Source of the DNA: Acidobacteriota bacterium
GTDB lineage: Bacteria > Acidobacteriota > Blastocatellia > Pyrinomonadales > Pyrinomonadaceae
DNA: 64,000 nucleotides
Assembly (NCBI GenBank): GCA_019639115.1
Contig: JAHBSM010000002.1
Coordinates: forward strand, 301,425-365,424
Direction: 5' to 3'
The translations under genes were made by a program, and so were the position numbers. Below the pieces are notes generated by a model. The model was not told where the DNA came from. It made no database searches and worked only from the letters and a program-made list of their open reading frames with translations. The stretch's first letter is position 1; each line of letters opens with the position of its first letter. Positions 34,234 to 44,059 of this stretch are shown here, in pieces.

Positions 34234-36117
34234 ATGGAAATCCAACCGGACAAACAAAATCTCGATCAGACATTCTCGACTACGGTCTATTTCATCGACT
34301 TCTATCAGCGTGACTACAAATGGACCGAAGAGCCGGTTAAACGGCTCCTAGATGACGTTTTTTATCAATTCGAGGAAGTCTACGCAAAACACTCAGACCT
34401 TGAAGCCAATAAAGAAAATATCAATTCCAAGTATCCTTGGTACTACCTGAATACCTATGTCACGAATACGGTTGGCGGACGGGTATTTGTTGTAGATGGC
34501 CAGCAAAGGCTAACCACCTTGACGCTAATATTATTGAAACTTCTCGCGATGGCTAAAAGTGAGAAGTTCAATTCGAAAACCGCCGGTTGGATCGAGCGAA
34601 AGATAGCAGGCTACTCAGGCACGGAGCACGAGTTCTGGATGAACCACGTACGCCACCTGGACGTATTAGAGAAGTTAATGGATGGGGCTGACCCTTCAAC
34701 CATCGATACGTCCACAGGCATCACCGCCGTAAATATGGTGAAAAATTACGGGACGATCAGTAAAGATCTCGATATCCGTCTTACGACTCCTCACAAGTTT
34801 GACACATTTGCTCACTATTTCTTGTTCCGGCTCGTCCTCATCAACCTCTCGGTTGATACGCAGCACGTTCCGATGGTGTTCGAGGTAATCAACGATCGCG
34901 GCGTTCGTTTGAAACCCTACGAGATCCTCAAAGGAAAGTTGCTCGGGCAGGTCGACAAACTGGAGCTAGACAGCGGACGTTTCAATGAGATCTGGGAAGA
35001 ACGGACGCAGGCCGTCAACCGATTTCGAGATGACGAGATTGATAGTTTTTTTCGGTATTGGCTAAAGGCAAAGTTTGCCGACAGCAGGAAGAACGGACAG
35101 AAATTCGATGGAGATTACCATCGTGAAATGTTCGCCACCGACCTCGATGAGCTTGAGAAGTTAGAACACAATCCTTCTGAGGTTAAAGCTTTCCTGAAAG
35201 GAGCGTTTCGTTATTTCACGAGCCTTTACGAACGCGTTTGGGAAGCGAGCCAGTCTCATTCGCCGAGCTATCCGTCGGTGTATTTTAACAGTCTCAATGA
35301 ACTCGATTCCCAGTTCATGCTTATTATTTCGGCTTGCAGCGTCGATGATCCTGACGAGGCGGCAAAGATAAAAGCAGTCTCCGCTGGACTTGATCGAATG
35401 TTTTCCGTGCTGCAGCTACAAGGGGCCTACGATTCAAACGAATTCGCAGCCCGACTATTTGACGTAAGCACCGAAATTCGCGAAAAGTCCGCAGACCTCA
35501 TTCCCGCCATTTTTGAACAGCACATCATTGAGGAACTGATCGAGCGAAGAGGAGTCCAGGTATCGGAAGCCTTTTCTTATTCGCTTTTCCGCCCCATGTC
35601 GATAGATCGGTTGAACACAAGATTTACCCGACACGTTTTCGGAAGAGTCGAGATGCTTCTAGCGGAGGGAATGAAGCAGAAGCCAAAGCATGAGTTGAAA
35701 GATCTGGTCACGCTAAGGGGAGCGGTATCAGGTTTTCACGTAGAGCACATTCTCTCAAGAAACGCGGAGAATTTGGCATTGTTTCAGGGCGATGAAGAGA
35801 GATTTGATCTAGAACGAAATCGACTTGGAGCGATCCTTTTGCTGAAAGGTAAAGACAATATTTCAAGTAACAACGAGACCTATCATCAAAAGCTGAAGAC
35901 GTACGCGAACTCGCTTTATTGGAATGAAACGCTACGGGAAGATTGCTACAAAAGTAAACTCGATTTTACCTCGTTCATTCAGGCCAACTCCCTAGAGTTC
36001 GAGCCATTGTTAGCTTTTGGACCTGACGAAGTTGAATCTCGCCAGCGACTTTTATTCAGCTTGGCGAAGCTCATTTGGCCTGAAATCGTAGCGACCGAAG
36101 ACGAAGCATATGCCTGA
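34234..36117 (+). CDS. DUF262/DUF1524 protein (GmrSD-like nuclease family) embedded in the R-M operon
   Basis: 627 aa. DUF262 motifs IDFYQRDYKW and DGQQRLTTL. C-terminal His-Me/DUF1524-like HVEHILSRN...RNRLGAILLL. Starts 2 nt after the hsdS stop and overlaps hsdR by 8 nt. Confidence 0.8.
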   Translation: MEIQPDKQNLDQTFSTTVYFIDFYQRDYKWTEEPVKRLLDDVFYQFEEVYAKHSDLEANKENINSKYPWYYLNTYVTNTVGGRVFVVDGQQRLTTLTLILLKLLAMAKSEKFNSKTAGWIERKIAGYSGTEHEFWMNHVRHLDVLEKLMDGADPSTIDTSTGITAVNMVKNYGTISKDLDIRLTTPHKFDTFAHYFLFRLVLINLSVDTQHVPMVFEVINDRGVRLKPYEILKGKLLGQVDKLELDSGRFNEIWEERTQAVNRFRDDEIDSFFRYWLKAKFADSRKNGQKFDGDYHREMFATDLDELEKLEHNPSEVKAFLKGAFRYFTSLYERVWEASQSHSPSYPSVYFNSLNELDSQFMLIISACSVDDPDEAAKIKAVSAGLDRMFSVLQLQGAYDSNEFAARLFDVSTEIREKSADLIPAIFEQHIIEELIERRGVQVSEAFSYSLFRPMSIDRLNTRFTRHVFGRVEMLLAEGMKQKPKHELKDLVTLRGAVSGFHVEHILSRNAENLALFQGDEERFDLERNRLGAILLLKGKDNISSNNETYHQKLKTYANSLYWNETLREDCYKSKLDFTSFIQANSLEFEPLLAFGPDEVESRQRLLFSLAKLIWPEIVATEDEAYA

Positions 36118-39100
36118 ACTTCACAAAGAAAACATTTTTGAAAAGGAGATTGTCGAGTATCTAGCCAAGAACGATTGGCTAGAAGGCGATCACTCGAAAT
36201 ATGATCGCGAAAAAGCTATCTATTCCGAGGATCTCGTCTGGTGGCTTCGCGAAGTGAACAAAATCGACTGGCAAAAGCTCTCGATCAAATCTGAGGACGA
36301 CAAAGAAAAAGCACTGATAGTTCGTGTTTGCGACGAGATGAACAAGAACGGATCTCTCTCCGTCCTTAGGCACGGGTTCAAACATCTCAATGCAAAATTC
36401 CACGTCAGCCAGTTCAAGCCCGGAAGCAAACTCAACCAGGATGTTCAGGAACGATATTCAAAGGTGCGGTGCCGTGTTGTTCGTCAGATTCGATATAGTC
36501 TCGGCAACGAAAAGTCTATCGACCTGGTATTTTTCGTCAACGGCATCCCAGTCGCAACGGCTGAATTAAAGACCGACTTTACTCAGAACGTAAACGACGC
36601 GATACGGCAATACAAATTTGACCGGGAGCCAAAAGACCCTATCTCTAAACGTGAAGAACCGCTTCTGGCATTTAAGAAGCGAGCATTGGTGCATTTTGCC
36701 ATCAGTTCGGACGAGGTCTACATGACTACCGAACTAAAAGGTAAAGACACATTCTTTCTGCCGTTCAATAAAGGCTTTGACGAAGGTGCCGGCAATCCAC
36801 CCAATCCCGTTACCGGCTACCGAACGGCGTATCTATGGGAAGAGGTTTTGCAGAAAGATAACCTCTTAAAGATTCTTGGCAGATTCGTTCATCTCGAAAA
36901 AGAGGAGAAAACGGACGATAAGGGTAAGACGAAGGTCGTCGAGAAACTAATATTCCCTCGCTACCACCAGCTCCAGGCCGTTAATAAACTGATCGACTCC
37001 GTCCGGGAGGAAAAGGCGGGTGAGAAATACTTGATCCAACATTCGGCCGGTTCTGGAAAGTCCAATTCCATCGCCTGGCTGGCTCATCAATTGTCCGACC
37101 TTCACGACGATAACGACGGGAAGATCTTTGACAGCGTAATTGTCATCACGGACCGTACCGTTCTGGACGACCAGCTTCAGGAGACTATCTATCAATTCGA
37201 GCACAAGGCAGGTGTTGTTCGCAGAATCAAAAAAGAAGGTGTGAAGTCCGATCAACTCGCAAAAGCCTTGATTGAACGAGCCCCGATCATTATTGTAACA
37301 ATCCAGACATTCCCTTTTGTCTTGGACGAGATCCGTCAGAACACTTCATTGAAGGAACGGAAGTTCGCAGTGATTGCCGACGAGGCCCACTCATCACAGA
37401 CCGGCAACGCAGCCAAGAAACTAAAATTGGCCCTCACTGCCGAGCAGATCGAGGAAGGCGAAGAGATCAGCGCCGAGGACGTAATGCTCGCGACGATGGA
37501 AAGCCGCGTTCAACCACACAACATTAGCTATTTCGCGTTTACTGCAACGCCAAAAAGTAAAACCCTGGAACTGTTCGGACGGCCCGGCGAAGCGGGCCTG
37601 CCCGAACCTTTTCACCTCTATTCGATGCAGCAAGCGATCGAGGAGGGATTTATTCTCGATGTGCTAAAGAACTACACACCGTATCGGTTGGCCTTCAAGC
37701 TTGCACACAATGGTCGAGAGTACGACGACGCTGCGGTCGAAAAGAGCGAAGCCCTAAAGCAGGTAATGCGTTGGGTAAGGCTGCACCCATACAACATAAG
37801 CCAAAAGGTCTCGATTATCGTGGAACATTTCAAGGAAAATGTTGCAAATCAACTTGGTGGGCTTGCGAAAGCTATGGTTGTAACGGCCTCTCGTAAAGAG
37901 GCAGTTCGTTACAAGGTCGCGATCGACAAATACATTCGTGAAAACGGCTACGCAATAGGAACTTTGGTCGCGTTCTCAGGTGAAGTGATCGATCCGGATA
38001 GCGGTTTTGGTCCTCTAACCGAAGGGAAAATGAATTCGACGAAAAGCAACGATATTCGCGAAACTTTTGATACCGACGAATTCCAGGTCTTACTCGTGGC
38101 AAACAAGTTCCAAACGGGATTCGATCAACCTAAGCTCGTGGCCATGTATGTCGATAAGAAGCTCTCTGGCGTTACGGCGGTACAAACCCTTTCGAGACTC
38201 AATAGAACTTATATAGGCAAGAATGAGACTTTCATTCTCGACTTCGTAAACTCAGGAGAAGAGATCCTAAAAGCATTTCGCACCTATTATAAGAAAGCCG
38301 AACTATCTGACGTTTCTGATCCAAACCTTATTCACGACTTGCAGGCAAAGCTTGACGACTCGCTCATATATCTGCCCTCTGAGGTCGATGCTTTTGCAGA
38401 AGCGTACTTTGACTCAAGAGGAACTCAACAAGCACTTCAGGCCCACATAGCTCCCGCAGTTGACCGCTTTCGGGAGAAACAAAAGACAGGAAAACTAAAT
38501 AACGACAAGAAACTGCTGGATGAGCTTGAAATCTTTCGCAAAGACCTCGGGAATTTCACGAGAACATATGATTTTCTATCTCAGATAATCAATTACGGTG
38601 ATACCGAATTGGAAAAGCGATCAGTATTTTACCGGCACCTTGCACCTTATTTGAAGGGTTCGAACACGAAAAATCCATTGGACCTTTCCAGTGTCGAATT
38701 GACGCATTACCGTATATGGGATCTCGAGAAAAGAAACTTTGCACTCGGCGAATCGGATGACGACGATAAGCTCAAGCCACTGACCGAGATCGGTTCCGCC
38801 GAGCCGCATGACCCGGAGTTTGCGTTCCTTTCCGAGATACTGTCGCAGATGAACACGCTCTTCGAAGGCGAATTGACAGAAGCAGATCTGCTTAACTATG
38901 CAAACCACGTCCGCGATAAAATGCTCGAAAATGAGACCTTAGAAAATCAGGCGAAAAGCAACACAAAAGATCAATTTGCTCTCGGCGATTTCCGCAAGGT
39001 AATGATGGACAACGTCATGGAAGGACTTGATAACTACACCTCGATGGCTACCCAAGTACTGAACGAAGAAAAAATTCGAGAAGGGTTTGCAAATATCCTG

Positions 39101-39139
39101 TTAGAGATGGTCTATCGAGGATTTCAGAAGAAGGAATAG
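36110..39139 (+). CDS. hsdR: Type I restriction endonuclease, R subunit
   Basis: 1009 aa. N-terminal nuclease region (SIDLVFFVNGIPVATAELK), helicase motif I HSAGSGKSNS and motif II VIADEAHSSQTG, later FQTGFDQPKL. Confidence 0.9.
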   Translation: MPELHKENIFEKEIVEYLAKNDWLEGDHSKYDREKAIYSEDLVWWLREVNKIDWQKLSIKSEDDKEKALIVRVCDEMNKNGSLSVLRHGFKHLNAKFHVSQFKPGSKLNQDVQERYSKVRCRVVRQIRYSLGNEKSIDLVFFVNGIPVATAELKTDFTQNVNDAIRQYKFDREPKDPISKREEPLLAFKKRALVHFAISSDEVYMTTELKGKDTFFLPFNKGFDEGAGNPPNPVTGYRTAYLWEEVLQKDNLLKILGRFVHLEKEEKTDDKGKTKVVEKLIFPRYHQLQAVNKLIDSVREEKAGEKYLIQHSAGSGKSNSIAWLAHQLSDLHDDNDGKIFDSVIVITDRTVLDDQLQETIYQFEHKAGVVRRIKKEGVKSDQLAKALIERAPIIIVTIQTFPFVLDEIRQNTSLKERKFAVIADEAHSSQTGNAAKKLKLALTAEQIEEGEEISAEDVMLATMESRVQPHNISYFAFTATPKSKTLELFGRPGEAGLPEPFHLYSMQQAIEEGFILDVLKNYTPYRLAFKLAHNGREYDDAAVEKSEALKQVMRWVRLHPYNISQKVSIIVEHFKENVANQLGGLAKAMVVTASRKEAVRYKVAIDKYIRENGYAIGTLVAFSGEVIDPDSGFGPLTEGKMNSTKSNDIRETFDTDEFQVLLVANKFQTGFDQPKLVAMYVDKKLSGVTAVQTLSRLNRTYIGKNETFILDFVNSGEEILKAFRTYYKKAELSDVSDPNLIHDLQAKLDDSLIYLPSEVDAFAEAYFDSRGTQQALQAHIAPAVDRFREKQKTGKLNNDKKLLDELEIFRKDLGNFTRTYDFLSQIINYGDTELEKRSVFYRHLAPYLKGSNTKNPLDLSSVELTHYRIWDLEKRNFALGESDDDDKLKPLTEIGSAEPHDPEFAFLSEILSQMNTLFEGELTEADLLNYANHVRDKMLENETLENQAKSNTKDQFALGDFRKVMMDNVMEGLDNYTSMATQVLNEEKIREGFANILLEMVYRGFQKKE

Positions 39140-39179
39140 AACAACAAGAGTCTAAACTCGATCGTAGTGCTCAACATAT

Positions 39180-41102
39180 ATGTGGACTGATAACGAAACA
39201 AAAACTGACCTGATCGGATTCAGGGTCCATGCGGATCTTATTCGAAGTGTCGTTACGGACAAAAATCTACTTCCAGTGGTGCTCGGCGTCTTTGGAGACT
39301 GGGGCGGAGGCAAGTCTAGCATCATGCAGATGCTACAGGACGACCTCGATAAGGAAGAAAATGCGGACACATACGCAGACGTAGTTTGTCTCTATTTTAA
39401 CGGCTGGATGTTTGAAGGGTATGAAGATGCAAAAACAGCGTTGCTTACTTCCATTCTGGTTCAACTCGGTGAGCATAAACGGTTTGGGGCGAAGCTAAAG
39501 GACAATGTCGTTGCGTTGCTTAAGCGAGTGAAGTGGATAGAAGGTCTGAAAATGGGTGCGAAGTTCGGATTTAAGTATGGAGTACCGTTAGGAATTACGG
39601 CACTTTCAGGAGGAACTATTCCTGCGTATCTGTTGCCGTTTTTGGCCGATCTAGCCGGGAAAAAAGAGGATAGCCCTACTGACGATGAAGAAAAATCGGA
39701 CTCCGGCGAAGTTAACTGGTCTAAGTTGATCGAGGAGGGCAAAGGTAATGCAGATCTGCTCGAAGTCAGAAAATTTCGTGATGACTTCGAGACGATGTTG
39801 GCAAAGACGAATATCAAATCTTTGGTTATTTTGATCGATGACCTGGATCGTTGCCTTCCGGAACGAATAATCGAAACTCTTGAAGCGATTAAGCTGTTTG
39901 TCCTCGTACCCCGAACGGCGTTTGTTATTGGAGCAGATCCGCGAATCGTTAGACACGCGATCGGAACGCGCTACGTCAAGCAGCAGATTGGAGAATCCGA
40001 ATCGACAAGGTCAGAAATTGAAGATCTTACGAAGGACTATCTTGAAAAGCTTATTCAGATCCCATATCACTTACCGAGACTTTCGCCCTCGGAGGTGGAA
40101 ACGTATATCAACCTTCTCGCCTGTCAGAAATTCTTAGACGCGGATAGGAACGAGGTTGTCTTAAAGGACTGGGCTGAAAAGCGCAACGCCAACTTTTATT
40201 CTGCCTATCAAATCGGAGCTATACGGTCCGCCTTAGACAACGGGAATCTTCCTATTGGATTGGAGCATCAGCTGGCATGGAGTAACGCTATTGCACAAGT
40301 TGTAGCGGAAGGACTAAAGGGTAATCCTCGACAAGTAAAAAGGATGCTTAACGCCCTGTTACTTCGTAAGAAATTAGCTGATGTTGCCAAAATTGAAATA
40401 CGTGACGAGGTTTTGGCTAAGCTAATGGTTTTGGAATACTCACATCTAGCACGCTTTTATGAATTGAACGACTGGCAGGTAAGAGAAGAAGGTCGACCAA
40501 CGAGGTTAAAAAAATTAGAAGAGGCGGCATTAAAAGGTGGTAACGAGGAGAATGCTGTAGACGACAAAGATCCTGAGTGGCAAAAAGCGTCACTGCTAAA
40601 ATGGCTTCAAATGGAGCCACCACTTAGCGATGTTGATCTACGAGATTATTTCTGGTTGGCTCGTGACCGCACAAGTTCGACACTCGCGGGGGTCAACATG
40701 GTTTCACCTCTCGTCAGGAGACTCTTTACAAGTCTTACCGATGGTAACGATGGTGAAAAAGAGATGGCCGGAAAAGAGGCTCTGGCTCTTGAGGACGCGG
40801 ATCGCGAAGCATTATTTGGCTTATTACAACAGCATTTAACTCGTCACCCATCCGAATCGAACGGCTATGACTCGCTGCTCAAACTTGCTGGTCTGAAAGT
40901 GCCTGGCGCCGCCCGACTATTGCTAACGTCGATTAAGGAGGGATCTCCGGATTCAATTCCAGCCGCTGTCGCTCCAAAAATCAGATTACTCGGTAAAGGG
41001 GATGAATCGCTGGCCACCGAAACTAATAATCTGCTTACATATTTTGTGGAGAACCATCCCAAGACTACATTTGGCAAGGCAGCAGAGAGGGCGATGAAAT
41101 AA
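39180..41102 (+). CDS. qatA: KAP-family P-loop NTPase (QatA-like)
   Basis: 640 aa. Walker A GDWGGGKSS, Walker B ILIDDLDRC, with an insertion between the motifs typical of KAP NTPases. First gene of a 4-gene coupled operon. Confidence 0.8.
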   Translation: MWTDNETKTDLIGFRVHADLIRSVVTDKNLLPVVLGVFGDWGGGKSSIMQMLQDDLDKEENADTYADVVCLYFNGWMFEGYEDAKTALLTSILVQLGEHKRFGAKLKDNVVALLKRVKWIEGLKMGAKFGFKYGVPLGITALSGGTIPAYLLPFLADLAGKKEDSPTDDEEKSDSGEVNWSKLIEEGKGNADLLEVRKFRDDFETMLAKTNIKSLVILIDDLDRCLPERIIETLEAIKLFVLVPRTAFVIGADPRIVRHAIGTRYVKQQIGESESTRSEIEDLTKDYLEKLIQIPYHLPRLSPSEVETYINLLACQKFLDADRNEVVLKDWAEKRNANFYSAYQIGAIRSALDNGNLPIGLEHQLAWSNAIAQVVAEGLKGNPRQVKRMLNALLLRKKLADVAKIEIRDEVLAKLMVLEYSHLARFYELNDWQVREEGRPTRLKKLEEAALKGGNEENAVDDKDPEWQKASLLKWLQMEPPLSDVDLRDYFWLARDRTSSTLAGVNMVSPLVRRLFTSLTDGNDGEKEMAGKEALALEDADREALFGLLQQHLTRHPSESNGYDSLLKLAGLKVPGAARLLLTSIKEGSPDSIPAAVAPKIRLLGKGDESLATETNNLLTYFVENHPKTTFGKAAERAMK

Positions 41103-41878
41103 TGGGAACATCAAAAGGCTATGGCATGCCCACGGGCGGGGAATGGACGCCTCTAAAGAATGAGGCCAGCAGATTCGTGAAGGTCATTGCTGGTAGTGGA
41201 GACGGGTCGTCCGGTGGTTCCACCCCAGCGTCGCCCGGACGGGTTCTCGAACGTTATCTCGGAGCCCTCGGCGGTTCCAGAAAGGTCTCGTCCGGTCGGG
41301 GTGGGGCCGGAGGCAGCGGCGGGATTGGTCGTTCCGCGGGCAAGACCGGCGGAGTATTAGGTGGATTTCTCTCGGGTGTAAATAGCCATGGCTTAACCGA
41401 AACCCTTCGTGATCTTGGGCTTTCCGACCTTGTCGGTAAATCGGCAGACGAAGTCGCGAACGGTCTACTCGATGCTTTTTGCGCCCCAGCGAGTACTCTC
41501 GACGAGGAGGCCGTCCGAACAGCTCTGTCTGACGTTTATTCTGAAATGTTGGAAGCAGCTGAAACTTACGAGGAAGTTGAGAGAATCTTTTCTGAAACCG
41601 TAGGTGAGAAAGGGGTAACTAAAATTCTTGTCGATTTTTTTGGTAAGTATCTTTACCGGCTCTTTTGTCGGGATTTTTACGAAGGCTGGCAAAAGAGGGT
41701 CGGGGCGGCTCAAGCAAATCGGAAGTTGGGCGATGTGAAGGACTATATATTTTCTTCTCTGAAAACGAAATTCGCTGGCGAGGATACGACACATAAAAAC
41801 TGGAGTGGCAGAGAAGGGCAGCTTCTCAGTCAAAAAATAATGCAGGATACCTTGTACGTATTTGAAGTCGCGCAATGA
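41102..41878 (+). CDS. qatB: QatB-like protein (no known domain; Gly-rich N-terminal half)
   Basis: 258 aa; 1-nt overlap with the qatA stop (TAATG). Low-complexity SSGRGGAGGSGGIGRSAGKTGG. Assigned by its position between the KAP NTPase and the QueC-like gene. Confidence 0.6.
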   Translation: MGTSKGYGMPTGGEWTPLKNEASRFVKVIAGSGDGSSGGSTPASPGRVLERYLGALGGSRKVSSGRGGAGGSGGIGRSAGKTGGVLGGFLSGVNSHGLTETLRDLGLSDLVGKSADEVANGLLDAFCAPASTLDEEAVRTALSDVYSEMLEAAETYEEVERIFSETVGEKGVTKILVDFFGKYLYRLFCRDFYEGWQKRVGAAQANRKLGDVKDYIFSSLKTKFAGEDTTHKNWSGREGQLLSQKIMQDTLYVFEVAQ

Positions 41879-43236
41879 AGATAAACATTCAATTAGATGA
41901 GCAGAAGCGGCACGACGACGGGCTGGCAGATATCGAAATTGAGATTCCCGACATCGGTGTTTCCAGACGTCTAGACCTATCGTTCGCTGAATTATTCAAC
42001 CATTGCCGCGTTCCTGATGAGACAGTTCTGGACTTTTTGATCGTTGGAAGTCTCGTCTACGTAGCGGACAAAACGATTCCACGGTCTAGATCATTTGATT
42101 TCTGGACCCGTGAGATCGAGATCGAATTTCCAGTTGGAGATCCAGTGCTTTGGAGCGGCGTGTCCGACATACTAGAGGAGACCTTGAACTTCCTTACAGG
42201 TGATACGTGGAAATTTTCATTCCGAAAGAGAAATAACAGCCTTTTTGTCCAGCCGTCACGTGAACGAAAAAGAAGGCCTCTCCCTCAAAAGCTGGAGAAT
42301 ATTGTAGCCGTTAGCTCTCTTTCAGGCGGCACCGACTCCCTCACCGGGGCACTCGATCTTCTTGAAAAGAACAATAGAGGCGCCGTTCACTTGATCGGAC
42401 ATTACGATGCTCCCGGGGCAAAAAAGGCTCAACAAAAACTATTCGAAGCTATTCGATCGACCTACGCGGAGAAAGCGAATCTTACACAGGTAAGAGTCAG
42501 TCATAGACCACTAAAAGCAAAGGAAGCTACTTTGCGGAGTCGCTCGCTTGTATTTATGGCAATTGGGATTTTTGCAGCGAGAGCGGCTGGGCCGGAAATT
42601 CCAGTCTTTATGCCTGAAAATGGATTCATCGCGATGAACCTCCCGCTCACGCCGGCCCGGGTAGGTTCATGCAGTACCAGAACGATGCACCCGTTCTATC
42701 TGAACAGCTTAAGGAAAACACTCGTCGGTCTAGGGATTCACAATCCGATCGTGAATCCGCTTGAACTCAAAACGAAAGGAGAGTGCATAGCGGAAAGCTC
42801 AAACTTTGGACTGTTGCGATCCATCATAGGCGAGACCGTCTCTTGCTCTCACGGAACTCGAAAGCAGCATTGGATTAGAAGGACTAAAGAAATTAGGAAC
42901 TGCGGATATTGCGTTCCTTGTATCGTGAGACGCGCGGGAATGCACAAGGCAGGATTGGATAACGGGCATACATACGGTCTCGATCTATGCGTGGGAGAAA
43001 TCAAAGCGAGTGATGAAACAGACAGGGCGAACGATCTGCGGGCGATCATTAACGCGGTCGTACAAAACAGGTCTGTTGGGGAAATTCAAAGGGAGATTAT
43101 TACAGTAGCTTCGGTTGATCGCTTAACTGAGAGGGCTGGGATGATAAAGCGGGGTATTGAAGAAGTAACAATTTTTCTAAACGAGAAAGGAAACGAGCAA
43201 GTGCGGCGCTCGATCAGCCCTAATAAAATGATATGA
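41875..43236 (+). CDS. qatC: QueC-like PP-loop ATPase (QatC-like)
   Basis: 453 aa. PP-loop SLSGGTDSL, Cys cluster CSHG...CGYCVPCIVRR reminiscent of the QueC Zn site. ATGA overlaps on both sides. Confidence 0.8.
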   Translation: MKINIQLDEQKRHDDGLADIEIEIPDIGVSRRLDLSFAELFNHCRVPDETVLDFLIVGSLVYVADKTIPRSRSFDFWTREIEIEFPVGDPVLWSGVSDILEETLNFLTGDTWKFSFRKRNNSLFVQPSRERKRRPLPQKLENIVAVSSLSGGTDSLTGALDLLEKNNRGAVHLIGHYDAPGAKKAQQKLFEAIRSTYAEKANLTQVRVSHRPLKAKEATLRSRSLVFMAIGIFAARAAGPEIPVFMPENGFIAMNLPLTPARVGSCSTRTMHPFYLNSLRKTLVGLGIHNPIVNPLELKTKGECIAESSNFGLLRSIIGETVSCSHGTRKQHWIRRTKEIRNCGYCVPCIVRRAGMHKAGLDNGHTYGLDLCVGEIKASDETDRANDLRAIINAVVQNRSVGEIQREIITVASVDRLTERAGMIKRGIEEVTIFLNEKGNEQVRRSISPNKMI

Positions 43237-43997
43237 TCGATGCTCACTGCCACCTGGATCTATACTCTCAACCTACCCGAATTGCGGACAGAGCAAACCG
43301 TTTGCAGGTCTTGACAGTAATGGTCACGAATCTGCCTTCGGCTTTCGAGAAAGCTGGCCCTCATGTGGCTCAGTTTGATCACATTCGTCTTGCACTCGGT
43401 CTCCATCCACTCATGGCCGAACACCACCTTTCCGAACGTAAACGCTTTCTTGAGCTAGTTGACCGAACTTCGTACATCGGAGAGGTCGGATTAGATTTTT
43501 CGAATTCTGGAAAGGAAACGAAACATTTGCAAATTGAATCTTTCCGGTTTGTTCTAAGTGCTATCGGAATCAGGCCCAAGTTTATTTCGATTCATTCCCG
43601 TCGGGCCGAGTCTGCCATACTGGAGATCTTAGACGAAATGCAATTCCGTTCTCCGTTGGTCTTTCACTGGTACAGTGGCCCCTTGAATGTTTTAGAGAAG
43701 GCGGTCGAGCGAGGTCACTATTTTTCTGTCAATCCCGCAATGACGCAGAGTTCAAACGGACAAAAAATAATCAATCGAATCCCCCCAGAAAGACTTCTGA
43801 CGGAAACGGACGGTCCTTTTGTTAAGCTTCAAGGACGAATTATTGAACCGCCCGATGTTAGGGACGTAGAAAAATATCTGTCCAACTTGTGGGCTATTCC
43901 CGAGCCAAGTGTGAGGGCAGCCGTCAGGGCCAATTTTATGAAGATTATTCAACCCATTCGGGCGATACAGAGTCCAACGAGACTGAAGGAGATTTAA
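43233..43997 (+). CDS. qatD: TatD-family metal-dependent hydrolase/DNase (QatD-like)
   Basis: 254 aa. IDAHCHLD N-terminal His motif, IGEVGLD, SIHSR, and TETDGPF near the C-terminus. Confidence 0.85.
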   Translation: MIDAHCHLDLYSQPTRIADRANRLQVLTVMVTNLPSAFEKAGPHVAQFDHIRLALGLHPLMAEHHLSERKRFLELVDRTSYIGEVGLDFSNSGKETKHLQIESFRFVLSAIGIRPKFISIHSRRAESAILEILDEMQFRSPLVFHWYSGPLNVLEKAVERGHYFSVNPAMTQSSNGQKIINRIPPERLLTETDGPFVKLQGRIIEPPDVRDVEKYLSNLWAIPEPSVRAAVRANFMKIIQPIRAIQSPTRLKEI

Positions 43998-44059
43998 TCT
44001 GCGAGCACTCAAAGGATTGGCTACGTTCAATTGCCACAGCTCTAAATTAAAAATCGGGG

